Positions 20,431 through 29,897 of a stretch of 64,000 nt of DNA are shown one piece after another. A program made the position numbers and the translations under genes. Position 1 is the first letter of the stretch, and each line of letters begins with the position of its first letter. The notes beneath the pieces were generated by a model. The model saw nothing but the letters and a program-made list of their open reading frames with translations. It made no database searches and was not told the DNA's origin. The stretch comes from Patescibacteria group bacterium (GTDB lineage Bacteria; Patescibacteriota; Microgenomatia; UBA8517), in contig DAITMO010000001.1 in NCBI GenBank assembly GCA_036835125.1, positions 319,508 through 383,507 on the forward strand, in the 5' to 3' direction.

Positions 20431-22069
20431 ATACATATTTTTAATAATTCTTTTGCTGGCGATACCGGCAGTGCGGTATCTATTTGTTTATGGTTTTTTT
20501 GGAGTCTCGGATGATCTTCATATTGGCTGGCTTTATGAAATGGATAGGGTTATTAAGATGCTTCAACTTCCTCCAAGATATGTTCCTGATTTAAGTTTTG
20601 GATTTGGATATCCGCTATTCAATTTTGTCTATCCGCTTCCTTTTTATTTTGGTGAGGTATTTCATCTTTTGGGGTTTTCGTTGGTAAACAGCGTAAAAAT
20701 AGTCTTTGGATTGTCAATTCCTCTTTCAATGTTTTTTATGTACAAATTCTTAAAAGAGTTTTTGAATGAAGAGTTTTCACTTGCCGGATCTGTTTTATAC
20801 GTATATATGCCGTATAGGGCAACTGAGCTTTTTGTTAGAGGAACAATTGGGGAGATTGTTGCCTTTGTATTTCTGCCCTTAATTGCATTATCTATTGTCA
20901 ATTTAACAAAAGAGAAAATAGAAAATAAGTGGATTGGAATATTGGCATTATCGGTTGGAGGTTTGATTCTTTCTCACAACATAATGGCATATATGTTTGT
21001 GCCGTTTGTGCTGCTACTTCTAGTTTTGAGAATTGTATTTGTTGTTAAAAACAGAAAGGAATCTATTGTTAAAAGTATTAGTGGTTTAATATTAGGTTTG
21101 ATAGTATCTTCATACTTTTGGTTTCCTGCAATCAGTGAGAGTTTACTTGTGAAGTATGACACGGTATTTAATTTTTATGACCATTTCCCGACGCTTAAGC
21201 AATTCATAACTCCATTCTTTGGTTATGGTGCTTCAGTTCCCGGTCCATATGACACAATGTCTTTTTATGTTGGATTAACCGGGATCTTTGTAGTTGCTGC
21301 CGGGTCCCTTCTTTTTTTAATAAAGTTTAAGAAGTTTTCAAAAACCGAAAAGGTTTATATTACTTGGGGCATTACTATTCTTTTAATTAGTATGTTCATG
21401 ATGAACTTTAGATCTGCATTTCTTTGGAGAAATTTGCCACTTCTTCCTTACTTTCAATTCCCCTGGAGGTTTTTGTCAATGGTTGCTTTTGCTTCCCCAA
21501 TAATCCTACTAGGATTAACTAAAAATAAGTTTGGTAATGCTATTTCATTTGTGGTTCTTTTGACGGCGATTGTTTTAAACTTTAATTATTTTAAGACAAG
21601 TGAGTATTTGGGTAGAGGGGACTATTATTATATTAATAGGTATATACCGGTTCCCATGGCTTCAGAAGAATACAAAAAGACATCTGAGGAATATTTGCGT
21701 CTTCCTCTTGGCACTGAGGAAAGACCGGAATCTAATATGCCGAGGGCATATTCAGAGATACCAGGCATTGTTGAGGTGGTTGAGATAAATCCGCTTGATG
21801 CAAAGATTATTACAGATAGTAATGAGGGTTTCATTTTAAATTACAGCAAGTATTATTTTCCTGGATGGTTGGCTAAAATAGATGGTGAAAATACAGAAAT
21901 TAGTGCTGGAAAACCATATGGTCAGATTACAGTACAGGTTCCATCAGGCAGACACATGGTTGAAATTTTCTATCGTGAGACACCAAAAAGGTTAATATTT
22001 GATGCAATATCACTTGTGGGTATTGGAATATCTGTTTATTATATTTTCAGAAGAGAGAAAGAAAAGTAA
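20402..22069 (+). CDS. YfhO-like/PTPS-related polytopic membrane protein (GT-C-like), tandem paralog 3 of 3
   Basis: SDDLHIGWLYEMDRVIKMLQLPPRYVPDLSFGFGYPLFNFVYP and C-terminal YFPGWLAKIDGENTEI. The ATG at 20402 (MEKIRKYLNKYIF) is chosen by analogy with the N-terminus of paralog 2; the ORF extends to 20378. Confidence 0.5.
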   Translation: MEKIRKYLNKYIFLIILLLAIPAVRYLFVYGFFGVSDDLHIGWLYEMDRVIKMLQLPPRYVPDLSFGFGYPLFNFVYPLPFYFGEVFHLLGFSLVNSVKIVFGLSIPLSMFFMYKFLKEFLNEEFSLAGSVLYVYMPYRATELFVRGTIGEIVAFVFLPLIALSIVNLTKEKIENKWIGILALSVGGLILSHNIMAYMFVPFVLLLLVLRIVFVVKNRKESIVKSISGLILGLIVSSYFWFPAISESLLVKYDTVFNFYDHFPTLKQFITPFFGYGASVPGPYDTMSFYVGLTGIFVVAAGSLLFLIKFKKFSKTEKVYITWGITILLISMFMMNFRSAFLWRNLPLLPYFQFPWRFLSMVAFASPIILLGLTKNKFGNAISFVVLLTAIVLNFNYFKTSEYLGRGDYYYINRYIPVPMASEEYKKTSEEYLRLPLGTEERPESNMPRAYSEIPGIVEVVEINPLDAKIITDSNEGFILNYSKYYFPGWLAKIDGENTEISAGKPYGQITVQVPSGRHMVEIFYRETPKRLIFDAISLVGIGISVYYIFRREKEK

Positions 22070-22075
22070 AAAGAA

Positions 22076-23326
22076 ATGAAGAAAATTTTAGCAATAGTAC
22101 TAACAGTTGGGATACTCCTTCGGGTTTTCCTTTCAATGACTACATACCATGCAGATGTTGCGGCTTTAGGATTTGCAGGGAAAATAATATCGCAAGGAAA
22201 TATATCTAACTTTTATGACTTTTTAGGGAATTTGCCAGAGGATGATCCATATCTTGCAGTTTATCCAAAAGACCTTTTTATCTATCCTCCTACCATATAC
22301 TTTCTAAATGGATTGTTTGCTAAGTTGACTAATTGGATGATTTCTCCTGAAGTTCTTAATAATTTCACTCTTAATTTTACTTCTACATTAGGAAATTCTC
22401 AGCTAAATTTGTATCTATTGCTTCTGAAGCTACCCTATTTTGCATTTGATATTGCTTCAGTATTTGTTTTAATGGCGCTTTTTAAGGATGAAAAGAAAAA
22501 GATGTTAGCTTTTATTGTTTGGATTTTTAATCCAGTGAGTATTTATGCAACATATATGATGGGACAGTTTGATATTATTCCGACATTCTTTGTAATTCTT
22601 GCAATGTATCTGGCAATGAAGAGAGAAAAAATATACCTAGCCTCCTTAATGTTGGGGATTGGAATGTCTTTTAAGATTTATCCGCTACTATTCTTAATTC
22701 CTTTGGCTTTAACAAAAGATAAATGGATAGATAGAATCAAAGTGTTTGTTCTTGGTATCCTGCCCTATATTCTTTCAGTTCTTCCTTTCATTTTCTCAAA
22801 AGGGTTTAGGGCCTCAGCTCTTGTTGCCGGGCAAACTACAAAAAGTTTATATGCGATCTTACCGATTTCAGGCGGAGAATCGATAATGATATATTTGGCG
22901 GCAATAATTTTTGTATATATTGTGTTTCTATTCTCTGAAAATAAACTAGAAAACTTGTGGCAGAAATTTTTCATAATCTCATCATTGTTTTTCATTTTTA
23001 CTCATTATCATCCACAATGGTTTACCTGGATAACTTCGTTTATTATTATTGATTTGGTTAAAAATGGGGCTAAAAGATGGCCTATTATTCTGTTGGCGCT
23101 AGTTAGCTGGCTTGGTCTTGTTACATTTTTTGATCCTGGATTAACTACTTGGCTATTTGCTCCATTGGTACCGAATCTTTGGGGTAAACCTGGGCTCTGG
23201 GAACTTGTTGGAGTGAATCTTGATATCAATATTGCAAGAAGTTATTTGCAAACTGTTTTTGCAGCGGTAGGCTTTTATTATATCTACAACTATTTTCCCA
23301 GGAAAAACGAGAATATAGCAAAATGA
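22076..23326 (+). CDS. polytopic membrane protein, DUF2029/GT87-like (GT-C-like mannosyltransferase family), tandem paralog 1 of 2
   Basis: KLPYFAFDIASVFVLM...WIFNPVSIY...GMSFKIYPLLFLIPLAL matches the conserved pattern of the DUF2029/PimE-like family. About 10 TM helices. Confidence 0.45.
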   Translation: MKKILAIVLTVGILLRVFLSMTTYHADVAALGFAGKIISQGNISNFYDFLGNLPEDDPYLAVYPKDLFIYPPTIYFLNGLFAKLTNWMISPEVLNNFTLNFTSTLGNSQLNLYLLLLKLPYFAFDIASVFVLMALFKDEKKKMLAFIVWIFNPVSIYATYMMGQFDIIPTFFVILAMYLAMKREKIYLASLMLGIGMSFKIYPLLFLIPLALTKDKWIDRIKVFVLGILPYILSVLPFIFSKGFRASALVAGQTTKSLYAILPISGGESIMIYLAAIIFVYIVFLFSENKLENLWQKFFIISSLFFIFTHYHPQWFTWITSFIIIDLVKNGAKRWPIILLALVSWLGLVTFFDPGLTTWLFAPLVPNLWGKPGLWELVGVNLDINIARSYLQTVFAAVGFYYIYNYFPRKNENIAK

Positions 23327-24534
23327 AAAAACTAATTGTTACGGCAATAATTTTAAGGCTACTTATTTCAATGTTTATATTTCATCCAGATATTAAAACA
23401 TTCAATTTTCAAGCTTCATTTTTAAGGCATGGGGTTTTTAATATTTATTCCTATCTTATAGACAACAAGGAAACACTTCCTTTAAAGGAAAACTTTGTTT
23501 ATTTCCCTCTAACTTATCTTACGCTTGGGTCATACCAGGCAGTTGTTGCACCTTTAATGGGTAACGACTTTGATTCGTGGCTTTCCAATGCTGATTCGTT
23601 TGGAATTGTTACGGATTCGAATATTTTTAAATATATGCTTGCTTTAAAGCTTCCATATCTGGTTTTGGATATGGTGGTTGCTTTTATGCTTTTGAAGTAT
23701 TTTGAAGACAAAAAGGTAGGGAAGAGAGCATTTATCTTCTGGTTATTTAATCCTTTTACAATTTTTATTATCTATGCTTTTGCGAATGTAGACATATATC
23801 CAGTTGTGTTGGTTTTATCCTCCATTCTTTTGATGAAAAAAGGGAAGTCAGGGTTTGCGGCATTAATGCTTGGACTGGCGGCAGGCTTTAAAATTTATCC
23901 TCTGCTTTTTGTGCCGTTCCTTTTTGTATCAGGTAAGTCTTGGAAAGAAAAATTAAAACTGGCAACTATCCCTTTTGGAATATTTGTGGCAGTATCTCTT
24001 CCTTTTCTTTCATTAGCGTTTTTGGAATCAACTCTCATTTCAGGGCTTACTACAAGACTTTTTAATCCAGGGATAAATGTTGGTTTTGGAGAATCAATTA
24101 TTGTGGGATTGATGCTTCTTTCGGCTCTATTCTTTTATAGTCTTTTGGTTGATAAAAAACCAAATATGTTCAATTACTTTTTGACAACACTCCTTGTCAT
24201 ATTTGCATTCTCCCATTTCCATGTTGCATGGCTTTTGTGGATTGCTCCCTTTTTGGTAATTGTTGCAGCTAAAGAATCCAAGCTTTCAGGGATTGTCTTT
24301 ATGCTTAGTATTGCGGCAATTTTAATACCTCTTCTTTATCAGGATAGATCTATGTCTATCTCGCTTTTTAGAATTTATTCAACCTGGTTTGATTTGCTGC
24401 CGACTCCGTTTACTGCTATTCAGAAGTTCTTTGATCCTTATAGCTTACAGAGTATTTTGCATTCACTATTTGCGGGAGGAGCCGGAATATTGGTGTATAA
24501 ATTATTTAGGGAGAATAGTTTAGAAAAAAAATAA
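23323..24534 (+). CDS. polytopic membrane protein, DUF2029/GT87-like, tandem paralog 2 of 2
   Basis: KLPYLVLDMVVAFMLL...WLFNPFTIF...GFKIYPLLFVPFLFV. ATGA overlap with paralog 1. Confidence 0.45.
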   Translation: MKKLIVTAIILRLLISMFIFHPDIKTFNFQASFLRHGVFNIYSYLIDNKETLPLKENFVYFPLTYLTLGSYQAVVAPLMGNDFDSWLSNADSFGIVTDSNIFKYMLALKLPYLVLDMVVAFMLLKYFEDKKVGKRAFIFWLFNPFTIFIIYAFANVDIYPVVLVLSSILLMKKGKSGFAALMLGLAAGFKIYPLLFVPFLFVSGKSWKEKLKLATIPFGIFVAVSLPFLSLAFLESTLISGLTTRLFNPGINVGFGESIIVGLMLLSALFFYSLLVDKKPNMFNYFLTTLLVIFAFSHFHVAWLLWIAPFLVIVAAKESKLSGIVFMLSIAAILIPLLYQDRSMSISLFRIYSTWFDLLPTPFTAIQKFFDPYSLQSILHSLFAGGAGILVYKLFRENSLEKK

Positions 24535-24536
24535 AG

Positions 24537-25142
24537 ATGAAAAAAATGATTTGGCTGACAATAGTCTTTGTATTAGGACTGGTGTTTGTTGTTCCGGTTA
24601 TTCTCTCCATGGGTTTAAAAATGATTCCTATTAATACTCAACCTGGATTAAATTATGATGTAAGGCTTTCAATTTATAGAGACAGGTTGTTTCTCCAGAA
24701 ATTTACCGCCAAGGAAGACAATTTGACTGCAATTGGAATGTCTATCAGAAATCCCAATTTGAAAAATAAAGCGGAAATATATTTCAACTTGATGAACTTG
24801 GATGGAAGCATTATACGAAGCGTTGCTATAAGCGGCATGAATCTTGAAGATGGTTCTTTTACCAAGTTTGTTTTTGATCCGATTCCCGATTCATTTGGAA
24901 AGGAATATTTGTTCACCCTATCTTCTCCTGGGGCAGGACCGGAGGAAACAATAGAACTATTTATTATTGGAACTGATGATCCGTCTGGAATAACAGAATA
25001 TTCATACATGGGTGAATCTTTCTCTGGAGGAACTCCGATTGTTCAATATGTAAAGCCGATAAGCAAGGTAAATACAGTTAAAGAAGTTTATACTAATTTG
25101 ATTTCCAGACTTCTGCCGCATCATTCTCAAAAATCTTATTAA
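24537..25142 (+). CDS. hypothetical membrane-anchored extracytoplasmic protein
   Basis: N-terminal signal anchor (IWLTIVFVLGLVFVVPVIL) followed by a roughly 170 aa domain with no recognisable motif. Its 3' end overlaps the convergent gene 25093..26955 by 50 nt. Confidence 0.4.
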   Translation: MKKMIWLTIVFVLGLVFVVPVILSMGLKMIPINTQPGLNYDVRLSIYRDRLFLQKFTAKEDNLTAIGMSIRNPNLKNKAEIYFNLMNLDGSIIRSVAISGMNLEDGSFTKFVFDPIPDSFGKEYLFTLSSPGAGPEETIELFIIGTDDPSGITEYSYMGESFSGGTPIVQYVKPISKVNTVKEVYTNLISRLLPHHSQKSY

Positions 25143-26955
25143 GTCCATATTCTTCTGGAGTGACTGCTGGCGTTAGTTCTTTTGGATAATAAATAATATT
25201 TGCGTGAGTTTCTTCAAATGCTTTTTGGACAGTTTGTGTTTCACTTCCTTCAAAGATGGTCTTTTTAATAGTGTCTCTTTCGCGCCAGCTGTAGCCCATT
25301 ATGTCAGCTTGTTCATAGTCTTCAAAATATGTTCTTCGACTTGAGAAAGCTGCAACATATGAAGTATCAAACCAGTCCCAGATATTTGGTGTGACTTGTT
25401 TTAAATCTAGGTATTGATTGTAGGGTGGTGTAACAATAACAATATCTTTCGTGGTGTTTTTCTTGATATAGTTTAGAGCTCCAAGTTCACCTTCTGAAAT
25501 TCTTGCAAATGCAGGTCTTTTATAGAATTCATAGATAAGCCCTATCTGGGTTGGAATCATGATGGCGATAAGGGTAAGAGCAAATACTATTCGGATCGGG
25601 GTATGTTTTATTTTTGAAAGCAATTTAGAAACAGATATTCCTGCAAGTATTCCAAAGAACAATACAAAATACTGCAGAAACTGGCTGGTGTTGCTGGCAA
25701 CCCCTTTTTGGAGGAACAAAAGCGGTAGAACCAAGGAAATTACGATAGCTGATTTGATAAATACATTTGTCTTTATATATTCTTTAAGACCAATGAATCT
25801 TACTCCAAGATTTCCAAAGAAGAAGATAAGGAGTCCTATTCCCTCATACTCAAGAATTCTTAATATAGATTTAATTCCGCCGCGGTCAAGATAAAATTGA
25901 CGTCTCAACTCAAGGTCTATCCAATCAAGGCGGGAGTTTTCCACTATCATTGTTCGTATATACCACCAGGGTTGGAATATTAAAAATGCTGTAGATCCTG
26001 AAGTATTTGGAATGTAAAGGGCAGCAGCTAATATTCCACTAATGCCAGTGATTATAAGTGTGTCAATTTTCTTTTCTTTAATTAGTTGCCAAAGTCCTGC
26101 AATTCCAAGAGCTCCTAGGGCAACAACTCCTGCATATACTTTAAAGCTTGCCAGGGTGCCAAAAAGGACTACACAGATTACTGAATATATTATTTTTGCC
26201 TTCTTTTCTTTTTGTTCCCTAAATGAAAGATAGAAATAAAGGCCAGTAAGTATTAAGAAGTCTGAGGCAATCTGAGGAGGGTTGCCTGCAGCACTTTGCG
26301 GTTGTGTTGCCCAGAATATGCTTTCTCCTCCTATTGTTTTATTTTTGATAAAAGTGACAATATATCCAAAACTTCCTGCAAAATATGTAAATATTGTTGC
26401 CCAAATAGGTGCATATTGGTTTTTACTCAGTTTTTTAGTTAGATAGTAAGCAGATACTCCCAAGAATAGGGAACCTATAAATGGAAATACTCTGAAGTAC
26501 AGGGTTACATCGGACACTGGAAGATACTTACCAATCATTGCCGGCAGAATATCACTAAAGAAGTGGTAGTTGATGAGCCTTTCTCCAGCAAAGGATGGAT
26601 TTTGGAATGGCCACCCTCGTCTTATCTCGTCCATTAACGCAATGTGCCATGCTCCATCGTGTCCGTTTGCACTCCAGAAAAGCATATCTCCACTCTTTGA
26701 GAATATTCCACTTGGGGAAATGATTGCCATTTGTCCAACAATTCCAAGGATAAAGACAAGAAGTGTTATAGCTGTCCGCTTATTCCATTTGGTGTTTGTC
26801 TTTTCTATTGCTTTTGCAATTGGTTTTCCTGCAAAAAGCATTAGGACAAGAATTGTGGGGACGATTAAGACAGGAATTTTTAAGAGTATGAATATATAGG
26901 AAAGGAGTGTCAGGCAAGAAAAAGCAGCAATTGAGAACATTAGTATTCCTTCCAT
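25093..26955 (-). CDS. polytopic membrane protein, putative GT-C-like (inverted paralog of 15309..17042)
   Basis: SANGHDGAWHIAL...NPSFAGERLINYHFF...GGESIFWATQ blocks are shared with 15309..17042. It is 620 aa with many TM helices and is the only minus-strand gene between 15 kb and 43 kb. Confidence 0.5.
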   Translation of the reverse strand: MEGILMFSIAAFSCLTLLSYIFILLKIPVLIVPTILVLMLFAGKPIAKAIEKTNTKWNKRTAITLLVFILGIVGQMAIISPSGIFSKSGDMLFWSANGHDGAWHIALMDEIRRGWPFQNPSFAGERLINYHFFSDILPAMIGKYLPVSDVTLYFRVFPFIGSLFLGVSAYYLTKKLSKNQYAPIWATIFTYFAGSFGYIVTFIKNKTIGGESIFWATQPQSAAGNPPQIASDFLILTGLYFYLSFREQKEKKAKIIYSVICVVLFGTLASFKVYAGVVALGALGIAGLWQLIKEKKIDTLIITGISGILAAALYIPNTSGSTAFLIFQPWWYIRTMIVENSRLDWIDLELRRQFYLDRGGIKSILRILEYEGIGLLIFFFGNLGVRFIGLKEYIKTNVFIKSAIVISLVLPLLFLQKGVASNTSQFLQYFVLFFGILAGISVSKLLSKIKHTPIRIVFALTLIAIMIPTQIGLIYEFYKRPAFARISEGELGALNYIKKNTTKDIVIVTPPYNQYLDLKQVTPNIWDWFDTSYVAAFSSRRTYFEDYEQADIMGYSWRERDTIKKTIFEGSETQTVQKAFEETHANIIYYPKELTPAVTPEEYGLNKIFENDAAEVWKSN

Positions 26956-26982
26956 ACGTAGATTATATATAATAGTATAAGT

Positions 26983-28398
26983 ATGGGAAAGAAGACGTGG
27001 CTGATTCTGCTTGGAATTGTTCTTTTGGGGTTGGTTATCAGACTTATTAAAATTGGATCTCTTCCTCTTTACGGTGATGAGCTGACAATGGTATATGACA
27101 CCTACTCAATCAGCAAAACTGGAATGGATGCTACTGGAGAAAAGCTTCCTTTAACCTTTAAGATGGGAGCGGGTCGTCCTGGTGGATACATTTATTTTTC
27201 TGTTCCTTTTGTTGCCGCCTTTGGTCCTAATGTTTGGGGGGAGAGATCTCTGTCTCTTCTTTCGGGGGTTGGAATAATTATCCTCATATATTTCCTGGGA
27301 AAGAAATTGTTTGGTGAAAAGGTCGGGTTAACTGCAAGCATTCTTACTGCAATTTCTCCATGGGATATTTATTTAAGCAGGGGAGGATTTGAAGCACATT
27401 TTGCGCTGTTTCTGGCTCTTTTTGGGATAACAATGTTTTTTTACAGGAGATATATTTTTTGGGCAATTTTCTGGGGATTAGCACTTTTTACTTATCCGAC
27501 TTTCAAGTTAACTCTACCTATTATTTTTGTACTTTTAACTTTAGTACAGGGAGTCGCAAAATCATTAAAAGACAAAAAGTATATTGCAGGAACTTTACTT
27601 CTTTTGGTTTTTGGAGGAATTATCGCTACTCAAACTTTTACTGCGGGAAGCGAAGATAGATTTCTTTCCCAGAATGTTCTATCTGATGAAAAAACCAAAA
27701 ACAATCTGATTCAGGTGGTGAGTACAGAAAGAAATACCTCTATTCTTCCAAGTTTCTTAAAACCAGTTTTTATAAATAGAAAAATAGAATATGGAAAGAT
27801 TATACTTGATAATTATGTGGCCAATATCTCCCCACAGTTTCTCTTTTTGAGGGGGGACGGGAATCCCAGACATAATCCTGGAGAAATGGGAATGCTCTAT
27901 TTGGCAGAACTACCAATACTTTTAGTCTCCATTTTTCTTTTATGGAAGGAAGACAAGAAGAAGTTCACTATTCTTTTTGGTTGGATTTTGATAGTACCTC
28001 TTGCAACAATGTTAATGGGACAAACTCATGCTTTAAGAAATGGCTTTATGCTTCCTCCTTTAATTCTTTTGACTGCTTTTACACTTTCAAAGATGTCTAA
28101 AAAATATGTTAAGTTATTTGGTATTCTTGTTGGAATTCAGTTGGTTTATATTTTAGTGCGTCTTTATACAGTTGTTCCTGCTAAATTTGCAGACTTCTGG
28201 TCAGCTCCTGCAAAAGAGGCAGCTCTTATTGCAATAGAGGAGAGTAAGAATGGACAAAAAGTTACTTTGGATGTTACAAAAATAGACAATATTGAATATG
28301 CATATGAGGTATATGCAAAGGTTGACCCAAAAGAAGTTATTACCCAGAGCGGTAGTTTCCCCAAAGTTTATGGCAATGTCACAATCACTGATAAATAA
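26983..28398 (+). CDS. GT39/PMT_2 (ArnT-like) membrane glycosyltransferase
   Basis: DE loop motif LPLYGDELTMVYDTYSISKTG...LPLTF, polytopic, C-terminal soluble domain. Confidence 0.6.
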   Translation: MGKKTWLILLGIVLLGLVIRLIKIGSLPLYGDELTMVYDTYSISKTGMDATGEKLPLTFKMGAGRPGGYIYFSVPFVAAFGPNVWGERSLSLLSGVGIIILIYFLGKKLFGEKVGLTASILTAISPWDIYLSRGGFEAHFALFLALFGITMFFYRRYIFWAIFWGLALFTYPTFKLTLPIIFVLLTLVQGVAKSLKDKKYIAGTLLLLVFGGIIATQTFTAGSEDRFLSQNVLSDEKTKNNLIQVVSTERNTSILPSFLKPVFINRKIEYGKIILDNYVANISPQFLFLRGDGNPRHNPGEMGMLYLAELPILLVSIFLLWKEDKKKFTILFGWILIVPLATMLMGQTHALRNGFMLPPLILLTAFTLSKMSKKYVKLFGILVGIQLVYILVRLYTVVPAKFADFWSAPAKEAALIAIEESKNGQKVTLDVTKIDNIEYAYEVYAKVDPKEVITQSGSFPKVYGNVTITDK

Positions 28399-28408
28399 AT
28401 TCAAAGTC

Positions 28409-29878
28409 ATGACACATGGCAAGGCTTTTAAGATTATTTTATTTACTGTGGTTCTTATTTTTACGTTTATTTTAAGAGCTCATAACTATGAAAAAACTCC
28501 TACACCATCTCATTTAGACGAACAGCTCTATGCTCTTTCTGGAATTAACTTGATAGAAACAGGAGTTCCGGTTTCCTGGTCTACACTGGATTATCCGGAG
28601 AGTGCTGTTGTTTTTGATGGGAAAATCTCCTATAAAGGTGGAGAACCTTCTGCGTCGGTTAAGCTTTTTAAGCCGTGGCTTGATGAACCGCCTCTTTTCT
28701 CGTTACTGGTTGGAGAATCTGCACATTTATTTGGTGCAGACAGGAATGATTTTATTCCCTCTTCATTTATTAGATTCCCAATTGTGATAATTTCTACACT
28801 AACCTCAATTCTTATATTTCTTATTGCCAAAAAGGTTAGTGGTTACAGGATCGGAATTCTATCAATGCTTATTTATGGAACCGAACCGGTTATGGTTTTT
28901 GCGTCCCGCAGTGCAATGCCCGAGACTTTGATTACCTTTTTGTATTTGCTGGTAGTTTATTTATTAATTTATTTTATCAAATCCCCCAAATCTAGATACT
29001 TGATTCCAATCCCTATACTTGCTGGAATTGCAGGACTTGCGAAGCCAACCGGGTATTTTATTTTAGGAATTGCGGCTTACCTTGTTATTGCGAAATTGGT
29101 TGAAAATAAAACTAGTTGGAAGAAGATATCCATGACTGTTGGATATTTGATATTAGGAATTGTGCCTTTTGTTATTTTCTATATTTGGTATGGAAATCAT
29201 TTTGATCCAGAAATATTTAAAAGGATTATTTCTATTCAAGGTTTTAGGCCTGTGGGTTTTGAAAACTTGGCATGGTTTTTTATAACTCCAAGTTTTTCCA
29301 CTGTGGTTTTCAAAAGCAGTTGGTATGTGTTTTTGCTTCTTGCCAGTGCATTTTATATTTTCCAGCCAAAAGATAAATTGCAAAAAATTATTAGTTTGTC
29401 ATTTGTCTACTGGCTATGTGTGGTAATGGTTTCTTCAGGGGAGGTGGATCTTCTTTCCTGGTATAGATTTCCAGCACTTCCTTTTATGGCAATAATGGGT
29501 GCATGGGGAATAGAATATTTAGTTAAGAGGTCTGACTTTTTTGCCTCATTTTTAGCTGTTGGATTATTCTTAGGACCTCGTACACTTCTGGTTAATGCTT
29601 TTAGGCCAAACGTGATGCAGGGAACTTTTAGAGCAACAATACTAACACTTCTTGCACCATCTCTTCTCAATTCAGTTTTCAACAAAAAGGTATTCAAGGT
29701 TATCTCCAGAGCAGTCATTATTGGAGTGGTGGTGGTTGGGATGTGGTGGAATATCAAATACGTATACAATGCTTATGAAGTCGAATGCCAAAACAAAATT
29801 TGCCCGATGGTGCCAACAACTACCTTATCAAGTATTCACTTTCCTCTTGTCTGGAGGCTGTTTGTTCTTAGCGAGTAA
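28409..29878 (+). CDS. GT39/PMT_2-like membrane glycosyltransferase
   Basis: ATG at 28409 directly after the upstream stop. HLDEQLYALSGINLIETG DE-type loop and many TM helices. The ORF-track start at 28292 would overlap the upstream gene by about 100 nt. Confidence 0.5.
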   Translation: MTHGKAFKIILFTVVLIFTFILRAHNYEKTPTPSHLDEQLYALSGINLIETGVPVSWSTLDYPESAVVFDGKISYKGGEPSASVKLFKPWLDEPPLFSLLVGESAHLFGADRNDFIPSSFIRFPIVIISTLTSILIFLIAKKVSGYRIGILSMLIYGTEPVMVFASRSAMPETLITFLYLLVVYLLIYFIKSPKSRYLIPIPILAGIAGLAKPTGYFILGIAAYLVIAKLVENKTSWKKISMTVGYLILGIVPFVIFYIWYGNHFDPEIFKRIISIQGFRPVGFENLAWFFITPSFSTVVFKSSWYVFLLLASAFYIFQPKDKLQKIISLSFVYWLCVVMVSSGEVDLLSWYRFPALPFMAIMGAWGIEYLVKRSDFFASFLAVGLFLGPRTLLVNAFRPNVMQGTFRATILTLLAPSLLNSVFNKKVFKVISRAVIIGVVVVGMWWNIKYVYNAYEVECQNKICPMVPTTTLSSIHFPLVWRLFVLSE

Positions 29879-29897
29879 AGCTGGTAACATTTAGTAT

